A DNA stretch of 29,859 nucleotides, taken from the NCBI GenBank assembly GCA_039584455.1, contig JBDGXT010000001.1:1-29859 (forward strand). Reading direction: 5' to 3'. The notes beneath the pieces are model-generated. The model was not told where the DNA came from and did not search any database. It was given only the letters and a program-made list of their open reading frames with translations. Position 1 is the first letter of the stretch. Every line of letters begins with the position of its first letter. The position numbers and the translations under genes are program-made. This stretch comes from Gemmatimonadota bacterium. Its GTDB lineage: Bacteria > Gemmatimonadota > Gemmatimonadetes > Gemmatimonadales > GWC2-71-9. This document shows, piece after piece, positions 8,509 to 16,459 of the stretch.

Positions 8509-10628
8509 CCGCAGGTCACGCCTCGGACGCCGCTTCCCAGTCCGCGCCGATCCCGCCAACTTCCTTCCAGCTGTCCGGCTTCGATACGGTGCCGGATGAT
8601 GTGGTCAATGGCGTCGCTCACTTTCTCCGGGGTGGGCTCGGCCAGGACCCGGACGGCCGCCTCGATGCCATCGGCAAGCAATGCGCACGCGGTTTCCACC
8701 GTGCGGGGCCTCGGTCCCTGGTACCGGAAATCCTCGACCTTGACCTCCTCATCCCCGTCCCGGCTACGCGCCCGCTCGAGGAAGTACGTGATCTCCATCG
8801 TTCCGTGGTGCTCGGGAATGAACCCCTTCACGACCTCGGGGAGCTTGTACTCCTCCGCCAGCGCCACGCCATCCCGCACGTGGTTGCGGATGATCCCAGC
8901 CGACACCTCCGGTTTGAGCTTGTCGTGCGGATTCACGCCCGGGGTCTGGTTCTCCACAAAGAACTGCGGCTTCTTGAGCTTGCCGACGTCGTGATAGTAG
9001 CACCCGACGCGGGCCAGGAGTCCGTTCGCACCCACCGCGTTGCACGCCGGCTCACACAGATTGGCCATGGCTATGCTGTGGGCGTACGTCCCCGGCGTTT
9101 CCGTGGCGAGCCGCCGCAGCAGCGGGCGATCGGGATCCGAGAGCTCGAGCAACGTGACGTCGGTCGTGACCCCACTGATCGACTCGACCACCGGGAGCAA
9201 CATGAACGCGAGCGCGCCCGACGCGAGCGCGTTGAGACCGCCTCGCAACCCGGTGAGACCGATCTCGACCGCCGACCAGTCCACGCGCAATCCCACCGCG
9301 ACCCCCGCCAGGAGATAGGCGCCGGCTACCAGGACCACCGCCGTGAGGAACTGGTTGCGTCGCCGGATCGTACGCACGCTCACGGCTGCCGCGACGCCAC
9401 CCACCAGGGCGATGAACAGCGCCTCGACACTACCGTAGGCCGCCTGCGATCCGATGAGAATAGCCAGCACCATGGCGCCGACCATGGAGACGCGCCCACG
9501 GAAGAGCACGGTGACCATCATCGCCGCGAACGGAATGGGAATCAGCTCGGGCGCGTGCGTCATGAACTCTCCGTTGACGGCGGCACCCAGAATCACGAGA
9601 CCGAACAGCACGCTCAGCACCAGCATGCGCCTGAACACCCGGTAGGTGTCGGGCCGGTACAGCATGACGAGCAGCCAGAACACCATCAGGACCAGACCGT
9701 TGGTGACCATCTGGCCGAAGGTGCCCGCGGCGCTCGCTCCGGCTCCGCCACCTCGTTCCAGTTGTGCCTGATTCAGGGCGAAGAGTCGCTCGTAGACTTC
9801 GTCCGTGACGACCTCGTTGGCGTCCACGATGCGTTCGTTCGCCCGCACGTGATGCTTGACGGTGTCGACGCTCGCCCTGAGCTCCTGCTTGCGGAGTTCG
9901 TATTCGGTCGTGTTGGGGATCAGGCTCGGCTGGAACAGCGCGTTGATGAGCTTCACGTACACTTGATCGCCCACCAACGAGCTCGGGTCGGGGTGCCCCG
10001 TGGTACGCCGCTGCAGTACTTGCTCGTACGTCCGAATCGTGTCGCGCTGCGCCACACCCTCGGAGCCGTTGCGCCGCACGATCACCTCAGGGACGATCTC
10101 CTGCTCGAGGGCCTGTGACTCGGCCACGCCGGCTCTGAGCTCACGGCGCAGGAAGCGCCGCGACGCCTGACGGTACGCCGCGAGGCGGTTGCCCTCCCGC
10201 AGATAGGTCGCCTCCTCCGGCGTGAGGCGTACGCCACGCTCCTGCGCCGCCACCACGAGCGATTCGGCCGTGGTAGCGGCCTGCAACGCCACGAATACGG
10301 AGTCCAGGTCGGCCAGCAGCGTGTCCACCACCGCGCTCTGGTACTCGTAGATCGGCCGCGCCGTCGCCTCGAGGGCCGCCGACTCCCGCTCGATCTCGGT
10401 GGACGATTTCCGCACGTCGAACGCGAAGGGCGCGATCACGCGCTCCGGCGCCACGTCTCCCGGTTCGAGCACCGGTGCCTGAGTCCCGCCTGCCACGGGG
10501 AACGCCAGGTACGTCAACACCGCCAGCAGGACCAGCAATCCCCAGCGACTTCCGTGGAACGCCACCGCCGCCGGCAGTCGGCTCGGCGCAAGCTCCAGAT
10601 TGAGTGAACGGCGTCCGGCGCGGCTCAT
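8505..10628 (-). CDS. 7TM-HD (HDIG) membrane phosphohydrolase, PgpH/YqfF-like c-di-AMP phosphodiesterase; C-terminus apparently truncated or frameshifted
   Basis: N-terminal TM, large extracytoplasmic domain, about 7 TM helices, then PGTYAHS, YYHDVGK, FFVENQ, EHHGT and LADGIEAAVR. The family's usual terminal HxRIxYP segment is absent. ATGA overlap with phoH. Confidence 0.85.
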   Translation of the reverse strand: MSRAGRRSLNLELAPSRLPAAVAFHGSRWGLLVLLAVLTYLAFPVAGGTQAPVLEPGDVAPERVIAPFAFDVRKSSTEIERESAALEATARPIYEYQSAVVDTLLADLDSVFVALQAATTAESLVVAAQERGVRLTPEEATYLREGNRLAAYRQASRRFLRRELRAGVAESQALEQEIVPEVIVRRNGSEGVAQRDTIRTYEQVLQRRTTGHPDPSSLVGDQVYVKLINALFQPSLIPNTTEYELRKQELRASVDTVKHHVRANERIVDANEVVTDEVYERLFALNQAQLERGGGAGASAAGTFGQMVTNGLVLMVFWLLVMLYRPDTYRVFRRMLVLSVLFGLVILGAAVNGEFMTHAPELIPIPFAAMMVTVLFRGRVSMVGAMVLAILIGSQAAYGSVEALFIALVGGVAAAVSVRTIRRRNQFLTAVVLVAGAYLLAGVAVGLRVDWSAVEIGLTGLRGGLNALASGALAFMLLPVVESISGVTTDVTLLELSDPDRPLLRRLATETPGTYAHSIAMANLCEPACNAVGANGLLARVGCYYHDVGKLKKPQFFVENQTPGVNPHDKLKPEVSAGIIRNHVRDGVALAEEYKLPEVVKGFIPEHHGTMEITYFLERARSRDGDEEVKVEDFRYQGPRPRTVETACALLADGIEAAVRVLAEPTPEKVSDAIDHIIRHRIEAGQLEGSWRDRRGLGSGVRGVTCG

Positions 10629-11578
10629 GCGTCCTCATCCTCCACATAGGCTCGGATGATCTCCCGCACCAGGCGATGCCGCACCACATCCCGCTCGTCC
10701 AGGTAGCAGAACGCCACTCCCTCGATCCCGGGGAGAATCCGCTCGATCTGGATGAGGCCCGACTCCTCCCGGCTCGGCAGGTCGATCTGGGTCTTGTCAC
10801 CGCACAGCACCGCCCGCGAGTTCAGTCCGAGGCGCGTGAGGAACATCTTCATCTGTCCCCCGCTCACGTTCTGCGCCTCGTCGAGGATCACGAACGCATC
10901 CTGCAAAGTGCGTCCCCGCATGTACCCCAGGGGGGCGATCTCGATCGTGCGCGTCTCCAGCGCCCGCTGGATGCGGTCGTACGGCATCATGTCCTCGAGC
11001 GCGTCGTACAACGGTCTCAGGTAGGGATCCACCTTCGCCTGGAGATCCCCGGGCAGAAAGCCCAGTCGCTCTCCCGCTTCCACCGCCGGGCGCGCCAGGA
11101 CCAGCCGCCGCACCCGCTTGCGGGAGAGGGCCTCGACCCCCATCGCTACCGCAAGGTACGTCTTGCCGGTGCCAGCCGGACCGATCCCGATGACGATATC
11201 GTTCTCGCGCATCGCCTCTACGTAGGTCTGCTGCCCGGCCGACTTGGGATGCACCGCGCGCCGCACGCCGGGGAGCGCGATCTTGTAGTTGCCGTTCGCC
11301 AGTTGCGCCGCGTCCCGTCCCCCGTTCGCGGCGAGCTGCCGCACTTCCTCGGGACTCACCGTCTCACCCATTCGCGCCAGGTCGATCATGGCCGCCGCGA
11401 TCCGGCTGGCCTGCTCCACCGCCTCCAGACCCCCGGCGAGCGTCATGCGCTCGCCCCGCAGCGTGACGCGCACGCCGGTCGCCTGCTCGAGTTCCTGCAG
11501 GTTGCCGTCATTGACACCCGCGAGCGCCAGGAGGTCGGCGCCTTCGGTGGAGATGCGGTGCGTGACGTCCTTGCTCAT
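10625..11578 (-). CDS. phoH: PhoH-like (YbeZ) ATPase
   Basis: GPAGTGKTYLAVA, RPAVEAGERLGFLPGDL, PYLRPLYDAL, RGRTL, ILDEAQN, GDKTQIDL and VVRHRLV. Confidence 0.95.
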   Translation of the reverse strand: MSKDVTHRISTEGADLLALAGVNDGNLQELEQATGVRVTLRGERMTLAGGLEAVEQASRIAAAMIDLARMGETVSPEEVRQLAANGGRDAAQLANGNYKIALPGVRRAVHPKSAGQQTYVEAMRENDIVIGIGPAGTGKTYLAVAMGVEALSRKRVRRLVLARPAVEAGERLGFLPGDLQAKVDPYLRPLYDALEDMMPYDRIQRALETRTIEIAPLGYMRGRTLQDAFVILDEAQNVSGGQMKMFLTRLGLNSRAVLCGDKTQIDLPSREESGLIQIERILPGIEGVAFCYLDERDVVRHRLVREIIRAYVEDEDA

Positions 11579-13344
11579 GCGTTATCCACTTTGAGCGCCA
11601 GCTCGCTCAATTCTTCGGCATTGAGCTCGGTCGGCGCACCCTCGAACAGTGCCCGCGCCGCCGTGGTCTTGGGGAAGGCGATCACGTCCCGCAGATTGTC
11701 GGCGCCGGCGAGGAGCATCACTACGCGGTCGAATCCCACGGCGAACCCGCCGTGCGGGGGAGCCCCCGCGCGCAAAGCGCGCAGCAGGAAGCCGAAGCGG
11801 CGTTGGGCGTCGTCCTCCGAGATCCCGAGCAGGTCCAACACGAGCAGCTGCACCCGCGGGTCGGTGATCCGGATGGAGCCGCTGCCCAGTTCGTGCCCGT
11901 TGTACACCAAGTCATAGTGCAGCGCCCGCACGCCTGAGCGGTCGCCCTCAAGGAGGCGTGCGACATCGTCGGGATGGGGTGACGTGAACGGGTGGTGGGC
12001 CACGAGCCACGATTCGCTCTCGCGATCCCACTCGAACAGCGGAAAGTCGTAGACCCACGCGAACGCGTGGGCTGCTTCGGGTGCGAGGTCGAGGCGCGCG
12101 ATCACCTTCCGGCGCACCCGATCGAGTGCCCGGGACGTAACGTCATCCTGTCCTGCCGTGGCCAACAGGAGATCACCGTCTCCGAGCCCGGCGGCTGCGG
12201 CCGTCATGCCGTCGATCTTCGATAGCGGCCCGCTGAGTTTGCCTTCGCGGTGCTTGAGCGTCGCAAGCCCACCGACACCGGCATCCCGAGCCAGTTCGGT
12301 CAGGGCGTCCACGTCCTTGCGAGACAGCGCGGCTCCGCCAGGCACCCGCAGCCCGCGTACCCGTCCGCCGTCACCGAGGACTTGCTCGAACGCCCGAAAG
12401 CCGCGCAGCAGCTCGGTCACATCCTCCAACTCGAGCCCGAACCGGAGGTCGGGTTTGTCGGTGCCGTACCGCTCCATCGCCTCCGCGAACGGAAGCCGCC
12501 GGAACGGTGCCTGCACCGCCTGCCCCGCCTCATCCCACAGCGCCAGGAAGAGCGTCTCCAGCACAGCGTACACGTCCTCCGGCGAGACGAATGACGCCTC
12601 GAGGTCGATCTGCGTGAACTCAGGCTGGCGGTCGGCACGCAGATCCTCGTCGCGGAAGCAACGGGCGAGCTGGAAGTACCGGTCAAACCCGGCCACCATG
12701 AGCAGTTGCTTGTAGAGCTGCGGTGACTGGGGGAGCGCGTAGAACTCCCCGCGGTGCACGCGAGACGGCACCAGGTAGTCCCGCGCTCCCTCCGGCGTGG
12801 GCTTGGTGAGGATCGGCGTCTCCACCTCGTAGAACTCGAGCTCGGTGAGGGTGGCGCGCGTCCGTTGCAGCAGCCGATGCCGTAACGCGAGGTTGCCCTG
12901 CAACTCGGCGCGCCGCAGGTCCAGGTGCCGGTGCAGCAAGCGCAACTCCTCCGACGGCGGGTCCTCGCCCTTGGTGCGCCAGACCGGAATCGGCAGGGCC
13001 TCGAGCTGCGCCGGACCCACCACCTCGATCGCATCGGCGTGCACTTCCACGTCGCCGGTGGCCATCTCGGGGTTGCGCGCCTCGTCCGGGCGACCCACGA
13101 CCTCGCCACCGACCAGGATCACCGACTCCGTGGTCACTTCCAGGACCGATTCCATGACGTCGGGCGGCGTCCAGTCCGGCCCGACCGATACCTGTACGAT
13201 CCCGTCCCGGTCCCGCAGGTCGAGGAAGACCAGGCCGCCCAGGTCGCGGCGCCGATGGATCCAGCCTCCGAGCCTCACCCGGGCACCGATGTGCTCCGCG
13301 CGGAGCGCACCGGCACGGTGCGTGCGCATGGCCGTGGCAGTCAT
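11575..13344 (-). CDS. aspS: Aspartate--tRNA ligase
   Basis: OB-fold (RRRDLGGLVFLDLRD), motif 1 (ETPILTKPTPEGARDYLVPSR), motif 2 (FRDEDLRADRQPEFTQID), GAD insert and motif 3 (PPHGGFAVGFDR). Confidence 0.97.
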   Translation of the reverse strand: MTATAMRTHRAGALRAEHIGARVRLGGWIHRRRDLGGLVFLDLRDRDGIVQVSVGPDWTPPDVMESVLEVTTESVILVGGEVVGRPDEARNPEMATGDVEVHADAIEVVGPAQLEALPIPVWRTKGEDPPSEELRLLHRHLDLRRAELQGNLALRHRLLQRTRATLTELEFYEVETPILTKPTPEGARDYLVPSRVHRGEFYALPQSPQLYKQLLMVAGFDRYFQLARCFRDEDLRADRQPEFTQIDLEASFVSPEDVYAVLETLFLALWDEAGQAVQAPFRRLPFAEAMERYGTDKPDLRFGLELEDVTELLRGFRAFEQVLGDGGRVRGLRVPGGAALSRKDVDALTELARDAGVGGLATLKHREGKLSGPLSKIDGMTAAAAGLGDGDLLLATAGQDDVTSRALDRVRRKVIARLDLAPEAAHAFAWVYDFPLFEWDRESESWLVAHHPFTSPHPDDVARLLEGDRSGVRALHYDLVYNGHELGSGSIRITDPRVQLLVLDLLGISEDDAQRRFGFLLRALRAGAPPHGGFAVGFDRVVMLLAGADNLRDVIAFPKTTAARALFEGAPTELNAEELSELALKVDNA

Positions 13345-13350
13345 TCTGTC

Positions 13351-13356
13351 AGGTTA
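13351..13356 (-). promoter_or_regulatory. Candidate -10 (TAACCT) for a leaderless aspS transcript
   Basis: Minus strand TAACCT-gacaga-ATG(13344). No SD upstream of the ATG; no convincing -35. Confidence 0.45.
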
Positions 13357-13505
13357 GTTGCCCAGGGGATGGCACAGGACACGGTCGGACTCCTCGGCGG
13401 TGCGGGTGCGAGGAGGCCGCGCGCGGGCGGGGCTGAGCCGTTTTGGGAGCCGGCAGGTCGCGAATAGATGCAATGGCAAAATCGCCCAAGTCCTGTTGCT
13501 GGTTG

Positions 13506-13534
13506 AACATAATGGCCCCCGAGGAGGGCAGCAA
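13506..13534 (-). promoter_or_regulatory. Candidate sigma70-type promoter for the aspS operon
   Basis: Minus strand TTGCTG (13534-13529), 17-nt spacer, TATGTT (13511-13506), in an AT-richer intergenic patch. Confidence 0.5.
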
Positions 13535-13539
13535 GCGGC

Positions 13540-13569
13540 TTGACACCCGGCCCGAGAAGGGGCGAACCT
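13540..13569 (+). promoter_or_regulatory. Candidate promoter for the barrel-rlmN operon
   Basis: Perfect TTGACA (13540-13545), 18 nt, weak -10 GAACCT (13564-13569), 6 nt, GTG 13576. Confidence 0.35.
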
Positions 13570-13575
13570 TGGGGC

Positions 13576-14478
13576 GTGCGACCGGCCTGTGTGACCCTCC
13601 TTCTGGCGCTCGTCGGCACGGAGCCCCTCCTGGCGCAGGCACCGCCCGCGGCCGGCCTCTGGCGCGTCACGGCAACGTCGCTCTCCACCCCGCCCGCCCT
13701 CGAGACGGGTGTCACCGCCATCTTCTGGAACCCCGCCGCGCCGGCGCACCAGGCTAGCCTGGCCGCCGGCGCACAGGTGGTGCAGACCCCCGACGCCCTG
13801 AAGATGGGGGGGCTGCTCGTGGGCGTGGACAAGCGCCTGGGCGCGGGGTGGGACGTGGCGCTGCTGTATGGCCGGATGGACGTCAAGGACCTGGTGCGGA
13901 CCACGACTTCCCCCGGTGCCGAGGAGGGCTCGATCCCGGTGTACGAGCAGCTGCTGGGCTTCAAGACGGCCTACCGTCGGGGGCCCGTCGCGCTGGGGAT
14001 CATGCTCGAGGTGCACGACGCCCGATTCGACAGCGACGACGATGGAGGACTCACGCTCGATGCCGGGTTGCGGTTACAACCGCACCGACGGCTGACTATC
14101 GCCGCGGCGTCCCACTTCTTCCCTGCCGACTTCAGCACCACCCAGAGCACGGACTTCTATCTGGGGATCGAGGCCGTACCGATCGAGAGCGCAGGAATCG
14201 CCGGCACTGCGACGTTGGTAGCGCTGCGCTACGGGGCCACCTATCGGACAACCGGCAACCTCGAGCACATGCTGGCGACCGGCGTGCTCATCAATCGGCA
14301 GGTGCGTATCGACTTCGCACTCACCAACGAGTCCGCATACGGAGACCGCTCCTGGCGCGTGGGACTGGGTCTGGGTCTGCGGATTGGTCGCTACGTGATC
14401 GCCGTGGCCCGCGGCGGCGGGCTCAACGACGTCGGTGCGACCTATCGGGTGGGCCTCGACGTCGACATCCTCAAGTGA
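13576..14478 (+). CDS. Exported, probable outer-membrane beta-barrel protein, PorV/UPF0164-like
   Basis: Signal-peptide-like MRPACVTLLLALVGTEPLLA-Q, AIFWNPA motif, and alternating amphipathic strands (WDVALLYG, GLTLDAGLRL, FYLGIE, YRVGLDVDI). GTGA overlap with rlmN. The family call is from motif recollection only. Confidence 0.55.
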   Translation: MRPACVTLLLALVGTEPLLAQAPPAAGLWRVTATSLSTPPALETGVTAIFWNPAAPAHQASLAAGAQVVQTPDALKMGGLLVGVDKRLGAGWDVALLYGRMDVKDLVRTTTSPGAEEGSIPVYEQLLGFKTAYRRGPVALGIMLEVHDARFDSDDDGGLTLDAGLRLQPHRRLTIAAASHFFPADFSTTQSTDFYLGIEAVPIESAGIAGTATLVALRYGATYRTTGNLEHMLATGVLINRQVRIDFALTNESAYGDRSWRVGLGLGLRIGRYVIAVARGGGLNDVGATYRVGLDVDILK

Positions 14479-15539
14479 ATCTGCTCGACTGCACGCCGGC
14501 CGAAGCCGCCTCGAGAGTGGCACGGTGGGTTGCCGACCGGGGTGAGCCTACCTACCGCGCACGCCAGATCCTGCCGCGCCTGTGGCAGCGCCCACTGGCG
14601 AGCTGGGACCACGCCACCGACCTGCCCCAGGCGTTGCGCGCGGCCCTGCAGGCGGAGCACCCTCTTCCCCGCCCCGCGGTGGCGGCGCGGCAGATCTCCG
14701 CAGACGGCACCATCAAGTTCCTGTGGGACTTTGCCGATCGGGGCGCGGTGGAATCGGTGCTCATCCCAGAGGGTGCGCGCCGCACGCTGTGTATCTCGAG
14801 CCAGGCGGGCTGTGCCTACGGATGCGTGTTCTGCGCTACGGGCCGCATGGGGTTCGTGCGCCACCTCGCCGCGTGGGAGATCGTCGCTCAGGTGCGCGAG
14901 ATGGCGCTCGACCCGGAGGTCGGCCTGCCGTCCAACGTCGTGTTCATGGGCATGGGGGAACCGCTGCATAACTGGGACGCAGTGGATCGTGCGCTCACCG
15001 TCCTCAACGACCCGGAAGGCATGGGCCTCGGGGCCCGCCACATCACGGTGAGCACCGTAGGCGTGATCCCCTACCTGGAGAAGCTCGCCACCCGGCCGGA
15101 GCAGTTTCGCGTCGCGCTCTCGCTGCACGCTCCCAACAGCGAGCGCCGCCGACTCCTGATGCCGGTAGACCAGAAGTACCCCCTGGAGGACGTGCTGGCG
15201 GTGCTGCGACGCTTCCCGCGCCGTGTGACGTTCGAGTACGTGATGATCCGCGATCTGAACGACCGGGAGCAGGACGCCGAGGAGTTGGCGCGTCACGCCC
15301 GCGCGGTTGGTGCGTTGGTGAACCTGCTTCCCCTGCACCCGGGAGGCGCAGAGGGTCTGGAGCCTACCGCCCCGGACGCGATACAGCGGTTTGCGCAGCG
15401 GCTGCGCGATCAGGGGATCAACACCACCGTCCGCCGCAGCCGTGGGCTCGACATCAGTGCGGCCTGCGGCCAGCTACGGACGGAAGTCGATCAGCGCGAC
15501 GGCATCGTGCCCGAGGAACACGCTGGCATCGAGGAGTAG
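14475..15539 (+). CDS. rlmN: Dual-specificity RNA methyltransferase RlmN (radical SAM)
   Basis: CISSQAGCAYGCVFCATG (CxxxCxxC), VFMGMGEPLHN, TFEYVMI and RGLDISAACGQL. GTG 14475 overlaps the upstream TGA. Confidence 0.95.
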   Translation: MNLLDCTPAEAASRVARWVADRGEPTYRARQILPRLWQRPLASWDHATDLPQALRAALQAEHPLPRPAVAARQISADGTIKFLWDFADRGAVESVLIPEGARRTLCISSQAGCAYGCVFCATGRMGFVRHLAAWEIVAQVREMALDPEVGLPSNVVFMGMGEPLHNWDAVDRALTVLNDPEGMGLGARHITVSTVGVIPYLEKLATRPEQFRVALSLHAPNSERRRLLMPVDQKYPLEDVLAVLRRFPRRVTFEYVMIRDLNDREQDAEELARHARAVGALVNLLPLHPGGAEGLEPTAPDAIQRFAQRLRDQGINTTVRRSRGLDISAACGQLRTEVDQRDGIVPEEHAGIEE

Positions 15540-15881
15540 TCGCGGGTCGGGCTGCACGACCACCCTCCCCACTCCCAGCACCTTGCGCACCCGAGCCGCT
15601 CCGGTCGTGTCGCCGCGCCGCACCGCAATGAAGGTCTCGCGCAGCGTGTCCATCGCGGCGGTGCCGAAGTACACCACGTCGAACCCGCGGTGCCGCAGCT
15701 GGCGCGTCGTGGCCCGGGCGAGCCCGTCGACACCGGTCGCGTTCAACACCTCCACGGTAATGCGCTCGACCTCTCCCGGAATGGGATACGGCCGTCCACC
15801 CTGGCCGGAACGGTACCACGCCCACCAGGCGGTGGCGGCCACCAGGGCGACCGAAACGATCCAGCCTACTCGTCGCCGCAT
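15474..15881 (-). CDS. Membrane-anchored LytR C-terminal-domain protein
   Basis: ATG 15881, MRRR followed by a TM helix, then VEVLNATGVDGLA...L..RGFDV and the terminal DASVFLGHD motif typical of LytR_C. Confidence 0.8.
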   Translation of the reverse strand: MRRRVGWIVSVALVAATAWWAWYRSGQGGRPYPIPGEVERITVEVLNATGVDGLARATTRQLRHRGFDVVYFGTAAMDTLRETFIAVRRGDTTGAARVRKVLGVGRVVVQPDPRLLLDASVFLGHDAVALIDFRP

Positions 15882-16459
15882 ACCAGATCGTTCCAGAAAG
15901 CGACGGTCTCGTGAAGCAGTGGATGGCCGGCGCTGACCGTGAGCAGCAGCCGTCGGCGCGCCACCTCCCACAACACGCCACGGGGATCGTCGGGCACCCG
16001 CTGCACCAGAGCCTCCCGGTCCTCCCCGGCCTTGCGCCGTCCCGGCTCCAGGAAGTCGGCGAGGTAGAGCATGCGCCCCACGGCGTCCCAGTCCGCACAG
16101 CCGACGGAGTGGTAACGCACGGCGTCGAGCACCCCCTGATCCCGTTCGCCCGCCCGGGCCGCCATGGCCGCAGCGGCCGGTCCGTGGCGCAGGCCGTCGG
16201 CATCCCAGCTGTCGGGAGCGAGTTCGGACAGCAGGTCCGAGGGTCCGTCCTTCAGGGCGTCGTGCAGGCTCACGGCGCGAAGCCAGCGCTCCCGCTCGCC
16301 GTTGTCGACGTGCATGGCCTCTGCCCACGCGCCCACGAGCTCCGCGACCCGCTCGATGTGGGCGAGTCGCTTGTCGCCGACCTGCGCCCAATCGGGCAAC
16401 ACTACCAACCGGCTTGCGCCGCCCGCATCTCCCTTCCTGCCTCCCGCCTCCGGGCTCAT
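15866..16459 (-). CDS. yqeK: YqeK-like HD hydrolase (probable Ap4A symmetrical hydrolase)
   Basis: RLAHIERVA, LHDALK, LRHGPAAA, AVRYHSVG and LYLADFLEPGR. ATGA overlap with panC. Confidence 0.8.
   Translation of the reverse strand: MSPEAGGRKGDAGGASRLVVLPDWAQVGDKRLAHIERVAELVGAWAEAMHVDNGERERWLRAVSLHDALKDGPSDLLSELAPDSWDADGLRHGPAAAAMAARAGERDQGVLDAVRYHSVGCADWDAVGRMLYLADFLEPGRRKAGEDREALVQRVPDDPRGVLWEVARRRLLLTVSAGHPLLHETVAFWNDLVCGDE
16424..16451. repeat. Short degenerate heptamer run (4 units) in the yqeK N-terminus
   Basis: cgcatct cccttcc tgcctcc cgcctcc, encoding part of EAGGRKGDAGG. Confidence 0.4.

Noticed and set aside
8086-11578. phoH-ybeY-CBS-protein adjacency as a novelty in itself
   Set aside because: This is a well-known conserved neighbourhood (ybeZ-ybeY-ybeX; phoH-pgpH-ybeY).
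12388-12414. Possible small in-frame deletion in the AspRS GAD insert (LLRG-FRAF)
   Set aside because: The region is naturally variable and this cannot be supported without an alignment.
13431-13444. GGCTGAGCC-GTTTT and the 27060-27080 hairpin as intrinsic terminators
   Set aside because: The stems are very short or GU-rich, and neither lies downstream of a same-strand gene end.
13345-13500. T-box or riboswitch in the aspS leader; cobalamin riboswitch before meaB/icmA
   Set aside because: No T-box consensus or U-tailed terminator is visible, and there is no intergenic space upstream of meaB.
13349-13510. Small leader ORF MFNQQQDLG... upstream of aspS
   Set aside because: Its ATG lies inside the predicted -10 box and it has no SD or homology cues.
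13848-14474. N-terminal extensions of ORF-track calls for rlmN, CNNM (to 7206), LytR_C (to 16391) and folK (to 18672)
   Set aside because: They overlap genuine neighbouring genes and have Arg/Pro-rich off-frame composition. Better starts with SDs or coupling overlaps exist.
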